Shown here: positions 12,003 to 26,143 of the stretch, piece by piece
Layout of the letters: each line of letters starts with the position of its first letter
Numbering within the stretch: position 1 is the first letter of the stretch
Origin: Tubiluchus corallicola
Lineage: Eukaryota > Animalia > Priapulida
Length of the DNA: 64,000 nucleotides
Reading direction: 5' to 3'
NCBI GenBank assembly: GCA_030141605.1
Contig: JAQGDQ010000462.1
Span: 117,640-181,639 of the forward strand
Position numbers and translations under genes: made by a program
The notes under the pieces: generated by a model
Told to the model about the DNA's origin: nothing
What the model saw: only the letters and a program-made list of their open reading frames with translations
Databases searched by the model: none

Positions 12003-12480
12003 GTTGTTGTTGTTCGTCCTTCATAGTCGAAGAGGACCAAAACTTCATTCTGACATCGTAGGATGGGTATGGAGGTGGCTTATAAGCCCGATTCTTGTCG
12101 AGAACCTCCTCCTGCAATGAGGACATGAGAATGGTGCATCTTGATAGGCATTGCGTTCTCTGACTTTTCGAAGCTGTCTTCTCTCCTGCATAACTTGGAT
12201 GTGCCTGGACTCATAGTTAGTCAGTCCCGATTTGATGAGGGACCGCCAACGTGATCTCTCCTGTGCCACATCTTCTCAAGAGTCGAAATTGATTCTGCAT
12301 TCTTTCGGGCTGGCTTTGAGGGTGTCTTTGTATATTTTCCGTTGCCCTCCAACTGACCGTTTCCCTTCTTTCAGCTCGCAGTACATGAGTCTCTTTGGCA
12401 GTCTGTGATCTTCTTCCATACGTTGTGCTGCCTTAAGCATCGCATGAACACTGATGGATTGTGCTCTCTCCAGAGGCATT
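12003..12480 (-). mobile_element. 5'-truncated RTE (BovB-like) LINE 3' end
   Basis: RLPKRLMYCELKEGKRSVGGQRKIYKDTLK, AQERSRWRSLI and C2H2 finger CPHCRRRFSTRIGLISHLHTH, followed by a short 3'UTR and (AAC)n tail at 12003-12014. Confidence 0.9.
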
Positions 12481-13109
12481 CAAGAATGCAGAGTCCAACA
12501 TAATTTACATCATGACAAACTCACAACTGAAAGGAACTTTGGAATTTGACCTTTCTGCTAATCCGCACCTTAGTATGTTGCAAATCTCAAATAACGGTAT
12601 TCAAGGACTGAAGCCTCCTAAAATTCACAATAGCGTAGCAGCTGAAAACGTGACGATTCACCTAACTGGTAAGTTTTCAAAACTCGTTTAATACAGAAGA
12701 GTATTAATTATCTTACCCAGTGGGAAGACTGATTTAAGCCCGCTCAGCTCACAAGTCCACAGAAGCAGTTCATTACCTCGTCTTTCAGGACATGAGTTGC
12801 ATTAAAACTCAAATCTGCCTAAGCTGGTTTTTCTCCCGCTTCATAAGAAGATAACCTCTATTGTCAATACACAGTTACAACTCTTGCCCTTGACCATCCC
12901 GAGAGACGAGCTAATGAACCCGTTCTTTGGGCGTGTAAAAATATGAACGCTGATTGGACAGTCAGCAGACCTTGACTCAAAATGATTAATATTTTGTTTG
13001 ACGTTAATTGAGATTGCAGGTGGTCAGATTGATCACCATATACAGGTCATTCATTAAAGTCATACAATTACATGCGTGTGTTTGTGATTTAGGCTTCTCT
13101 GTTCTATCT

Positions 13110-13213
13110 CTACACACATGCACATGCACACGCGCGCGCGCCCGCACGCACGCCTGCACGTACACAGACACACACACACACACGCACGCACGCACACACA
13201 CACACACACACAC
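13110..13213. repeat. (CA)n/(CG)n microsatellite
   Basis: Directly visible. Confidence 0.9.
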
Positions 13214-14074
13214 AGTGATGATGCAAATGATAACAGCGGAACTCAGTAGTCGAATTATACAAAAAATAATCATCTCAGCTGATGGTTCAATCAACTTTAA
13301 CTTCTCGCGTAAAAGATGCCAGCAGTTTAATCTGGATTGTTTCGCCACCTACAGGATAGAATTCACTAATCACTCGTCGGTTTTTGCTCACGGTCTGGCT
13401 CGAGGCTGATTAACGCCATTGTTATGAGATTCTAACGATTGTTGTGAGAAAATACAATGGCGTCTGGGGTGCAATTTTGACAACGATGATGATGATGATA
13501 AATATTTATTTGCACAATACGCTACATACACGCAAGGCCTTCGGCCGATAATTCTGCACTGTATCATGATATAATACGTACATTAACATGCAATAAGTTA
13601 CCAGACATGCGCAATTTAGTCGTGTGAATTTCGAGCAACATTTTCGCGGTTTTTGCCTGATAAAATCTTAAATTCGTGAAAAACGCGACAAAAATCGCTC
13701 GAAGTTCTTCAGAGCTTCACACGAATAACTTGTGGCAAAATCCACTCGGTGGGATTATTGGTGACTGTTGTACAGTTTTGGTCATTCATAAGACTCTGGC
13801 TTATGGGAACAAACTTAAAATTTTCGTATTTAAACAAAACAGTGTGGCAGTTTTCAAGCGATTTTGTTTTTTCCTTCAACATCGTGATCAAGACTTGTTT
13901 TGTGCTACTTAAAATAACACGAGAATTTACTAAAGTTGAACAAAATCATGAAAAAACATTATAGCGTCTACATGTAATCGATTTTTCACCAGTCATTCAT
14001 CCAGAAACCAACGTTCTACCTGTCGTTGTGATACTGTTTGTAAACGTACATGATTTTATTATTTTATTTTAAAA

Positions 14075-14500
<426 letters not shown>

Positions 14501-15780
14501 TTACTTTTATTTTTTTATTACAGCCGCCATTTTATCTGTTTTCAATATGGCACCAAGTTTTTCTGGGTACAAAATCACCAGCAGCAAGTACTACTAAATC
14601 AATTCGGACGCGACTGTCGTCGTGATACGCTCAGATGCTCCCTAGTTTATTTATTTATTTATTTATAGTGGATTTGCAAGACAGACTGGGTCTGATAAGG
14701 GTATCTTCGCGGTGTAAGTGCTGAGTGCAAAGTGCTAATAAAAGAATAATGGACATCACAACTAATAATTATCACACTCGTTTTGATAAAATATTTGATT
14801 CAATTGCAATCAGCAGATGGCGATTAAACTTTCTTACAAACATGAACAGTGTGAACACAACGTTTCAATAACAACAGTCTTTATAAAATTACATTGAGAA
14901 AGTAAGTTGGCTGGTTAATCATTCAACAGCAAATTCTATTGTAATGAAAAACCGAAAGATTGATTTAACAAACTGCTGTAATAAACTATGGACAACAAAG
15001 CAAGAGTGGTGACAAGTTTTGGATTTTTCGAATACAGGATTATAATTTTGTAATAATTTTGTATCACGTGTTATAACCTGTTGGACGAGCAGGTCCTCTA
15101 TGAATGCCGTCCTACCTCTGTCATATTTTGCCCTTTTACGCTCTTTATGAAAACAATGAAATTTTCTCTTAGTTTTCAAGATGGCTGCCAATCTATTTTT
15201 TGTGAACGCATACAAAGTTTTTCTGGGAAACTCTAACAATTTTCAGGAAACTCATTTTTGGAGAGAGGTAACTTAAACCACATTTCGATGATCGTGCATA
15301 AACAGTAGCAGCCATTTTGGAAAAAGATTCACATACGTCTTCCATATTCGGCTAAAATTGCCAGGTCGACAATGTAAACGAATTAGCATTTGAAGCTGAT
15401 AGAGAATGAGAAGTGAGCTTGCTTAGATTGAAATTTTGATTTCAGTGATAAAAGCCCATTTACAGTCCGAGAAATAAAAATTTTGGAAAAATAATAATTA
15501 AAACAAGTGGTAATAACATCAATATACAATAAGATTAGTGAAAAAACTGTCAAGCGTCTGTAATATTTTTTATTTGGTATTATTATGGTTTTGAAAGTCG
15601 TATTTGCTATTAAGTTTGTATTTACACAGATTCTACGCATAATAATAGAGAATATTTTTCCTCAACAGCAACACCAGTCACCCCAAGCTCTGTAAATATG
15701 CATGTCTTTAATATTTGAATTGCACAAAATTTAATATTGCACAAAAATTTGTTTGCTTAACATTGTTTTTAATGAGATTC

Positions 15781-15917
15781 GGATTTTTGTGGACACCGAA
15801 GGAAATTATTTGTGGACCAGAGATCATTTGTGTCCACAAGAAATCAGAGCATGTCTACAAAAATCAAGAAAATTTTGTGGACAAATTTCACGAACGTTGT
15901 ACGATATTGGATTTGTG

Positions 15918-15948
<31 letters not shown>

Positions 15949-16381
15949 AATAATCTTTATTTGCCATTAAAATACATTGATAATTACTGATAAAAACTTT
16001 ACAGAGATAATCAATCAGTGTTAGTTAATAAAAACTTACACTGCTGACGAAGCTAAAAGAGTCGATATCATCGATTCTTAGGTGAGGTATCATGCGTAAG
16101 CATTGCTTTATGGAGCATTCAGTCAAGTTCTACTAACTCGGGCATAAATAAACCATCAAAGTCGCTAGGAAGCTTCGGGATCACACCTCGTTCATTGTCG
16201 ATTCCATCATCAGACAATACGCACGCGCAGACTTTATCCTGTTGCAAGCAGCTCATGACATGTGTTGTGGTCAGCTGTAAACTTGTGGACACGTTTTTTT
16301 ACTTGTACACAAAAATCCACAAAGAAGGTGACCTCTGAAAAAAAGGTGTCCACAAATCCGTTTTGGCGTCCACAAAAATCC
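15781..16381. mobile_element. MITE-like element with 14-bp inverted repeats and subterminal GTGGAC/GTCCAC motifs
   Basis: GGATTTTTGTGGAC at 15781 and its exact reverse complement ending at 16381, with several TTGTGGAC/GTCCACAA motifs near both ends. Confidence 0.65.
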
Positions 16382-16664
16382 AGCACCCCGTTTTTTAAAG
16401 AGCAAGTCATTATTCAGAAATCACTTTGGAACTGTGAAAGTGGCGACACTAATGAAAGGTGGGTAGAAAACGAATCTGTTCAGTTTGTATTTACACAGAT
16501 TCTACCTAAAAATAATAGAGAATATTTTTCCTCCATCGATTCATTAAACTCGATTCTGTTCTTCAACTTTAGTAAATTCTGGTGTTATTTTAAGTGGCGC
16601 AAAAAACGTACCAAAGTTTTGATGACGATGTTGAAAGAAAAAGAAACGAAATCGCTTGAAAATT

Positions 16665-17020
16665 GCTACACTGATGTTAAAGACTACACAGATGTTAAAG
16701 ACTACACAGATGTTAAAGACTACACTGATGTTAAAGACTACACAGATGTTAAAGACTACACAGATGTTAAAGACTACACTGATGTTAAAGACTACACTGA
16801 TGTTAAAGACTACACTGATGTTAAAGACTACACTGATGTTAAAGACTACACTGATGTTAAAGACTACACAGATGTTAAAGACTACACAGATGTCAAAGAC
16901 TACACTGATGTTAAAGACTACACAGATGTTAAAGACTACACAGATGTTAAAGACTACACAGATGTTAAAGACTACACAGATGTTAAAGACTACACAGATG
17001 TTAAAGACTACACTGATGTT
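16665..17020. repeat. 18-bp minisatellite (~19 copies)
   Basis: Unit gatgttaaagactacac(a/t). Confidence 0.95.
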
Positions 17021-17264
17021 TAATATAAGTCATAAATGCATACACGTGTGAAAGCCAGTAGTGAATTTCTCAAATAAGCCTTTCCTTTTTAATGAAGCCA
17101 CTACCATTTGCAGCTCCAAATCGGCTTGAAATTTTAGGCTATCAGGCAGACATTTTAGAAAAAATGATTTTGGCAGGCGCATGGGCTGTGATGAAAATGT
17201 TTGCATGTAGTCAGCATGGTGAGCTGCTTTGAATTCATTTTACTTTAAATTTATTTCTTAGTCT

Positions 17265-17930
17265 TGAAGGACGAGAAAAGTGGTACATGAAGTAGGTTTC
17301 AGAAAAATCGTCTTAAAAATTGTATTGCTTTACAGCAATTTTATGCACATATCGTGCTCGCATTGAAAGGGTTTTTTGGTTGTTTCCAATTAAATCTCCC
17401 GCAGTACTGCTTAGACCGTACCATTACATGACGTCACAACGTAAAACAGGAGAAGAAAAGAAAGCCAAAAAAAAGCTTCCTTCCAAATCTATATTACTTA
17501 CATCTCGCTTACTTGCTGAAAAGACTTATGTAACTAGAAATAATAATTTAAAGTGATAACGCCAATTGGTAAAACATCGCTGGCTCACCCTCCAGGGTGC
17601 GCCACTCACTAATAAAAAACGTATATTTAATGTTATTGACAAGATACAGTAATTTAAAATTTTATTTAGTTAGTAACATGTATGCACGAATGCTTTGATT
17701 ATTTCTCCAAACTTCACGCAATGTTATCTAAACTTATTTCAAACGATCTACTATCAAAATGGCTGCGCCCAACGGTCATCGCTGGAGTTTAAATTTAAAG
17801 ATTTTATACAGCGTTACTGCCCAGGCAAGCCTTTTATGCAAAAAGTAATATGTGACTGATATAAAATTTCAAGACGAATTTTTTAAGCTTTATGTAAGTG
17901 GAGAGTTTTCTTGTGCTTCAAAGTTAAATA
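17265..17930 (+). mobile_element. Non-autonomous DNA element copy (inverted copy ~19440-20218; partial copy ~42480-42845)
   Basis: gaaggacgagaaaagtggtacatgaagtaggtttcagaaaaat matches the reverse complement of 20175-20218. ggctcaccctccagggtgcgccactcact matches the reverse complements at ~19730 and ~19875. ttgacaagatacagtaatttaaaatttta is shared with ~42560. Confidence 0.7.
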
Positions 17931-18258
17931 GCGTTACACACTCAACTTGTTATTATAGTAAATTAAGACACTCACGTGTACTATAAAATTACGACAGATA
18001 CTACCAAAATACTTACTTATACAAAAATGCATCCAGACACAAAACGTTAGCACACAAGACAAATAATTTAAAAACAGAATACACAGACGCATGAAACCAA
18101 ATAAAAGTTACATATTTAAAAAGATAAAACATATTGATCATTTAGTGCAAAGCACAGATTGTAGTGATTTTATTATCTATTACAACAAGATTACATGTAC
18201 ATTTACAACAGTAGTAATTTTTAAACATATCAACTTGTGATTTAACAAGCCTGCAATT

Positions 18259-18900
18259 ATGTCAGTTAGAAAACCTTGTCAATCATGTTAGAAAAGTCAA
18301 AATCCTATCAGCCTGCGGGAAAAAGATGATATACAATGCGACCGTTGTGCAAGCTACATCGAGAACTTCAGTATTACCTCTGTAATGTGGAGGAATCTAA
18401 ACAAGTGTATTGACTCATTAACTAAAGAAATAACATGGTTGAGGGCTGGACTAAAGGAACTAAAAGGTAATAATACTGATCTGTCAACAAATATTACAAT
18501 ATTAAATACTGAGATTATACAACTTAAAGATGAAACATTAAACATTAAACCAGCCGAAATCATTGATAAACTTAATGACATAATAAGTACACTGGACAAG
18601 AAAATGAATAATCCCAAGCCAACATATAGAGCAATGGTAGACCTAAGTGCTGGTTCAGCAAACAATACAATTGTTAAGCCAAATCATGTAGCCAGCACAA
18701 AGAATTTATACGAACACAACCGTTCTGCAATAATCGATAACGTTAAAGATCCACACATCGGTAATTTATGTGCCATTATAAAGAAAAAACGCGTGTGAAC
18801 ACTTCCCTGTCGCAAAGTGCGATTTAGCCTTTAGAACTGCGAAAGGCTAGATTCAAATGCAGCTTTGCCATACCGAGACAGCAGATACAATAATAAGCAA
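18259..18900 (+). mobile_element. Decayed LINE ORF1-like fragment (PHD-like Cys pairs plus coiled coil)
   Basis: In frame upstream of ORF 18385: MSVRKPCQSC*...DDIQCDRCASY, then heptad-rich LTKEITWLRAGLKELKGNNTDLSTNITILNTEIIQLK. This resembles CR1/L2-type ORF1 and has an internal stop. Confidence 0.5.
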
Positions 18901-21204
18901 CTGTAAACCCTACTGTCTCTGGACAAACACAAAAGCAAGATATACAATATATCAATTACGATATATAAATAAATAAAAGTAAACAAACATCTGGAAAGGT
19001 GTTAACAACAAGATAACAATTTAGTGATTTTGACAGCGTTTTTGACACTTACATAGATAAATTAAGAATATCGCTTAAAAAATTTCTGCAGATTAAAGGG
19101 TCGGTGTCACGAAATTCCTGGACATTGCTTAAATTTAGATTGTATTTTTCTCTCGCTGCTTTTGCTAAATGGCAAACAGTAACGACGCGTTCTTCATGTT
19201 ACAATGCTTTACTGCACGGGATCCTATATAATGGATCTAGTTATATTTCCTGTAATGACATCAATTTGAGGAAAATTAAATTTGTTCACTTGCGCTACAT
19301 CTTCCCAAAAAGTTGAAGAGGTTACGAAACGCGTTATTGTGAGGCACCTTTAAGTGTAAATGTGTGGTAGTAACATTTTCACATCTTTTTAAAAAGCAGT
19401 GTTTATGGCTCAGATTGTTTTGAGCAATGGTTCAAGACTGGGCCTAGTTTTACTTTAAAGCATAAGAAAGCCCTCCACATACACAAAACTTAAAAAAATC
19501 GTCTTGAAATTTCATACTAGTTACGTACAGCCTTTTTGCAAAAAGAGCTTGCATCGGCAGTAATGCGGTTGAAAACTTGTAAATTTAAGCTTCAGTTGAA
19601 ACAAGTTTATATAATATCGCGTGAAGTTTGAAAAAAATAATGAAAGCATTTGTAGTATACATATTACTTACAGCGCAAAATGTTAAATTGCAGTATCTTG
19701 TCAATATGTTTAAAAAACGTTTTTTTGGTTAGTGAGTGGCACACCCTGCAGGGGGAGCCAGCGTTTATTTTACGAATTGGTGAAAGCATTTGTAGCATAC
19801 ATGTTACTTACATCGCAAAATGTTAAATTGTAGTATCTTGTCAATATGATGAAAAAAACATTTTAAAAACATTAGTGAATGGCGCACCCTGCAGGTGGAG
19901 CCAGCGACAATTTAACAATTTTTGAAAGCATTTTAAATTTTAATTTAAAGTTACATAAGTCTTTCCAGCAGGTAAGCAAAATGCTAAGTAATACAGATTT
20001 GCACGGTAGGTTTTTCGGGACATAATTTAACATTGTCCTTTCTCCCCCTGATTTACATTTGCATAAGTGACGCTATGTAATGGCACCGTCGGAACAGTAT
20101 TGCGGGAGATTTAAAATGAAAACAAACAAAAATTTCTTTTAATGCGAATAAGATATACTCATAAATATGCTGTAATTTTTCTGAAATCTACTTCAGGCAC
20201 ACCTTTTCGTGTCCTTTAATTAATTAAGTACTTGTAATTGCTGCTTGGTAGAACAAAAGCCCACTTCGAAAGAAATGAAAAATGGCGGCATCTTGAAAAA
20301 GTAGAACTGCATTTCAATATATTCGTAAAAAACTGAGTTAAACATCCCAATACAACGCAGTTTCATGGGTAACATTTTTGAAAATATTGATTTAATAGAA
20401 TTTTTGCTGGAGAGGCACTGAACAAAGCTTGGAGGTCATTTTGAAAACAGCTAAAACGGCGGCAATTCAAACTGCTAATACGTATCATGTTTGGCGCTTT
20501 AAATTCAGTCATCGAAATTTCACAGTTTGAGATATTATCTTTGCAAAATTATAGACAATGTGATTACAATGCCAGCCAAATTTCACCTTTCTGTTGCACA
20601 GTTATCAGTTCTATTGCTTACAACAATGTAAAAATCATTATATAGTCGTTATGGAAAGCGCGCTAACTGAGATTTTATTAAAATATTAGTGCAGAGATCT
20701 CTGATTTAAAATTCACTAATCGTACTATTAAAAATGTTAGTCATCCTAATTACTAATTAAACCTTGGAAAATAGTGAGTAGTTTTCATAGGAAGCGGAAA
20801 GACTGAGAGACTTAAAGTGACTAGAAGTAAGACCAAAAGTAACAGAAATCCAAATAATATTTGTGTTTAACAAACTGTTATTAATAAGTGAATTATGGCA
20901 GTTAAATAGAAAAAAAATTATTAAACTTCTGATGATGAAAGTGATTTCTCGACTCTTTACGCACTTACGCGCGCTCACCTCAAGAAAACAAAATTCTTGA
21001 AAATAAATCACTTCGCACAATGGAATTCTAGTAGCACAATATTCACATTCCAACTAGACACATGTTTTTTTGCATAAAAAAGCACTGATAACGTATTTTG
21101 CACAAAAATCAGCTCTTTAATACTGCAGTTAAATGTTAACTCGTAAATTATTTGCGTGGGTTTAGAGATCATCTCATGTAGTGAGAGTCGCTCCCAGTAT
21201 CTGA

Positions 21205-21695
21205 CAGCTAACTCTGATACGCGTGATCGCGACAGCTCTGATGCGCATGGTCGCAATAACTGAAACGCATGATCGAGATAGCTCTAATGCGCATGATCGC
21301 GACAGCTCTGATGCGCATGATCGTAATAACTGATGCGCACGACCGTGATAGCTCTGATGCGCATGATCGTAATAACCGATGCGTTTGATCGCGATAGCTC
21401 TGATGCGCATGATCGTAATAACTGATGCGTTTGATCGCGATAGCTCTGATGCGCATGATCGTAATAACTGATGCGTTTGATCGCGATAGCTCTGATGCGC
21501 ATGATCGTAATAACTGATGCGTTTGATCGCGATAGCTCTAATGCGCATGATCGTAATGACTGATGCGCTTGATCGCAGTAGCTCTAATGCGCATGATCGT
21601 GATACCTCTGATGCGCTTGATCGCAGTAGCTCTAATGCGCATGATCGTGATAGCTCTGATGCGCATGATCGCAATAACTCTGATACGCATGACAA
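21205..21695. repeat. 46-bp (24+22) CpG/palindrome-rich tandem repeat
   Basis: Unit gatcgcgatagctctgatgcgcat + gatcgtaataactgatgcgttt. Confidence 0.92.
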
Positions 21696-22169
21696 CAATA
21701 AATTAATATTTCGACTGAACATGCGCAATGCGCCAAAAACTTGCAGTCTTTAATAAAACGAAAGCAATCTTTGCGTAACTTTTTGTTTGGCAAAAAAACA
21801 TACACCAATTTAAAGAAAAGAACAAATTACTGTTATCACTTAGACTTAGAAAATAATTATCATGTCATAGATAAGCAGATGATGTCCATTTTGATGTCTA
21901 ATAAATTCATGGTCGTGGAAGGTACAAGAATTGTCATCAGGTCTATCAAAACCATGTCTATTTTGTTGTATTACGTGGGTTGTAACAATAGTTTCTTTGT
22001 TAGCTTTTTCTTAACATTTTTAATGCGTGTTCCTGTTTTTCAGTAAAATTTGTTTTTCCAAATGATTATTGCTGACTTATCTACGCTACGTAATAGAAAT
22101 GAAAAAATCATGATTTTTTGTTTACCTAATGATTAATAATAAACAAGAGTATTACCTTTTTGGTACTGT

Positions 22170-22377
22170 TGCTTACATATATATCTGTAGTATCATATAC
22201 ATGGGCATAGAGCTGGAAAGTTCGCCATCTGGTATCTGTTTCTTACACATATATATCTGTAGTATCATATACATGGGCATAGAGCTGGAAAGTTGCGCCA
22301 TCTGGTATCTGTTTCTTACACATATATATCTGTAGTATCATATACATGGGCATAGAGCTGGAAAGTTGCGCCATCTG
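22170..22377. repeat. ~73-bp tandem repeat x3
   Basis: atgggcatagagctggaaagtt recurs at 22201, 22273 and 22346. Confidence 0.92.
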
Positions 22378-23264
22378 TCATTAGAATAGAGATTATTTCT
22401 CATGCGCATTTTTACTAGACCGGTTTTTATTTAAACTTACGCCGATTTTAATTTAAAAAAAGTTGTTTATACTTTTAAATTCGGTAGCAGAATCTTTGCT
22501 TTTGACACACAAGGTATTACACCATAAAATAGAAACTCGACTCTTTTAATTGCGTTTCATTTTTAATTAGACGATTTTGCACAAATTTTGCAGAAAAAAT
22601 AGTGTTAATTCTTGGAATTTTTGCCGACTGGAACGTGCAAATGTCGCTAATTACAGTTTACTATGCTTTTCTATAACCCCCTTTTCTATGGCCATTATTA
22701 TCAGTTAAGTGAGCTCGTTGAAATATAGCATGCTGTTGTGTGGTGCCATCTATCTTTAGAGTTGAGAAACGAAATCTCGTTATTATGTGGCTGGTGTCTG
22801 TGAATTCAAAAAACATAGAAACTGTTTGTAACTGAAATTAATATTATACAGGGCTCAGCTTGTTTATTTTGACTATAGTTTGTTTAAACTTATTTATTTT
22901 AGTATAGTTTGTTTAAGCTTGTTTATTTTAGCATACTTTGTTTTTGTTTATTTTAGCCAAGGTATACGAGGCTCAAGGGACCACGTTAGTTGTGAAACGA
23001 TTTTCGCTCATTACGTACATATTTTAACATTCTTTATTAATCTTGTATTAACAATTTTAGTTATAGTTATAGTTTTATATTATATATATGTTAATACATA
23101 ATGCAGAATTTATTTTGCACCAATTATATTACAAACCGCAAAAGGTAATAAGTAAAGTAGTAACAAATAAAGTAAAGTATATACCAAAAGATGCCGGAGG
23201 TGAAAAGACTAGAATGTCACGTAGTGTACCATGGCAGAACGTGATGATAAGGATGACAGTAATG

Positions 23265-23315
23265 ACGACAACAGCAACAACAACAACAACAGCAACAATA
23301 ATAATAATAATAATA

Positions 23316-23371
<56 letters not shown>

Positions 23372-23412
23372 AATAATAATAATGATAATAATAATAATAA
23401 TAATAATAATAA
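23265..23412. repeat. Compound (AAC)/(AAT)/(GAT) microsatellite
   Basis: Directly visible. Confidence 0.95.
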
Positions 23413-24614
23413 CAGGAACAGCAGCAAGAATGCTTATATAAATTTTATCTTCATTTTACAAATTTGTGTCATAGACGTTTCTTATTTGGGTTTAATTTGA
23501 AATGCATTGCGCTGCTCTCCTAAGACCTAAAAGGGGCCAATGAATTTATAATAGCAGAACAAAAATGACAACGTCATGACACAGGTTATAGCATCTCATT
23601 ATCCCAGCTTCCAAAGCTGAAGAATGAGAAACTTTGACTTTATGCCGCAGGTTTTGCATTTCAGAGGAGCTTAAGATTACAAAGCTTTTTTGTTTACAGA
23701 TCAAACCTTCTCTCTTGAATGCAGACGCTCATTTTCTAAATGACCGCTCAATTTACAAACACGAATAGCTCTTCTCAACAACAAAAGCTTAATCCAAGCC
23801 TAAGCCGATTAATTCCAAGATAATTTGCTTTAATCCTAGAAAACAGACAGCTAGTCAGTTCACCACAAATGATCTAAATGGGTTTTTACAAGAAGAATGG
23901 CATAAATCCTAACAAGCGGGCACCAGTCATTCATCCAGAAATTATCCCTGTAGCAGTCATTATGGGAATGTTTGTAAAAATCTAGGGAAGATAATAAAAG
24001 ATTATTCTCGTATAAATAGCTAAAAATAAATACAAGTAGAAAAACAACAAAAACACATTCATTTTCATAAATGCAGTCAGTAAGATAAAAAGTTAAAGAA
24101 TAAAAAATATTTTTTTCTGTTAATCGGACATTCGTTGCTCCTGTGTGGCGATTATATGAAATCTGAATCTTTAAAAAAGTTTAACAATTTATGTCAGAAT
24201 CATCCCCCAAGAAGTCATAAATTCCTTTACACTTTACTAGATGTTGTTGGTGTTATTACACGGATCATATTAATTTCCTTCAAATGGCATAATTACGTTT
24301 TTACGGGTCACATAGATCGTTGAAATGCCTGTTTTGCGTCCGCAATCACCCAGCAGTTAAGAATGGAGCTTATAGGATTAAGTTAGGAGATTATTATCCA
24401 ACAGGGACTATTATTCTATCCATGTTAGGTATTCAAAGTAGGTTATTTTACATTATGTGATCTTGACTATGTAAATTGCAAAATGCAAACGTATGTCATG
24501 AAGAAAAAGTTGTTTAATCCCACTGACCTGAATAATCGTGTAAAATTAGTGTGAATGAGAGTGTACAGAAAACAGAGAAAGGGACAAGAAAGAGAAAAAC
24601 AAAAAATGTGAAAA

Positions 24615-24890
<276 letters not shown>

Positions 24891-25610
24891 CATTGAGCGT
24901 TGGGTTGGGGTAATGACATTTAAGGATTAAGATCACGATTGTTATCAGTGTTTGGATTCTGTAAGTTGAAGAGACTCTAATCCCTCAAAGCTATTAGCGA
25001 CACAGAGCACTTTTTTTTTCTACCTGGATGATCACTCTGCAAAGCTAATTTTCTAAATGATAGAAATTTGCAAACACTCGGCGTGGGAAAAGCTAATCCG
25101 AGTTTAAAACTGATTTTCTTTGTGATACGTGGCTTTAGTTTCGAAAATAGCCTCCCGACGTTATTACACGAATCCGTTGTTTTCGGAATCTTCTTTAAAG
25201 GAAAGCGACCTGGGAGCAGATAAAATGCGCTCTCGTATTTAGACTTAAAAGAGCAATTTGGGTTTTACTTTTAAAAGAAGATACGTCACCTTCTCCCCGA
25301 ATATATCCTGTATTGAAGCAATAGTAATAATATTTACAAGGAAGTATAAAATATACCGTACAGAATAAAACTTTCACAGTAAAAACCAATTTATTATACA
25401 AACATTGTGTTTTAGCTGTTCTATGTGGTTTTTGAAATGATCAGTAATCAAATCATAAATGCAAACGACAGATCTAAATGTAAAAACATTCGAAGTGACA
25501 AAGTAATATATAAAAAAACCTTGTTATATATATAAACTATGCTACTACAACCATAAATTATAAACGAAACTCTCAATTTTTTATTTTAAAAATCAATTTA
25601 TTAACTTTAA

Positions 25611-26143
25611 AGGAAGACCGGACGATTGTTTAGACTCAATCTCATGTTAATTTACTGTCCAAAATGTATATTTTCTTGCCTATAAAAGTTAATAATTGTT
25701 CCTCATATTTGAATAATTATTTTAGAAAGTTAATTAACGGCAAAAGAACACAGTTCTTGCTCACGTCAGAAACTAACCACAGTTTGTGCAATGGCAAGCA
25801 TCAAGCACATTTGCATAAGTGTTACAATACTGTTTAAACGCATGATGTCACGTAAAATGGGCTTTACATCATATGACGTCAGAAACTAACACTGCAGTTC
25901 GTGATCATGTTATCACGGTACCGCTTCTATTTGTCGGCCACACGCACGCAACAAAAAGGCGCGTACTGCAAATCTTACTAAATTCACTGAACAGCGCGTA
26001 GCTTTGAAAGTTTAACAAAATTTGAGTATCTGAGGTAATTATTATTTAATTTAAGCTTCGATATAAAATAGCTATTGTAGTTTTCAATATTTTAGAGTAT
26101 TCTTTTTTCTGATTTCGTGTTTACACAATCATCCGGTATTCCT
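25611..26143. mobile_element. Kolobok-like MITE (533 bp) with TTAA TSD
   Basis: TTAA (25607-10) | AGGAAGACCGGACGATTGT ... ACAATCATCCGGTATTCCT | TTAA (26144-47). The TIR matches at 17/19. RR termini with a TTAA TSD fit Kolobok rather than piggyBac. Related ends at ~50330, ~51968 and ~55549. Confidence 0.8.

Noticed and set aside
3296-12480. Ribozyme head and RTE 3' tail as two ends of one element
   Set aside because: They are on opposite strands and separated by the host exon and unrelated repeats.
16262-17051. 253-aa ORF with (DYTDVK)n
   Set aside because: It is stitched from TE fragments plus the 18-bp minisatellite.
21205-21695. Hammerhead ribozyme array suggested by repeated CTGATG
   Set aside because: The core is CTGATGC rather than CUGANGA, and there is no GAAA partner. 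CTGACGA at ~16045 also lacks a proper GAAA and stems.
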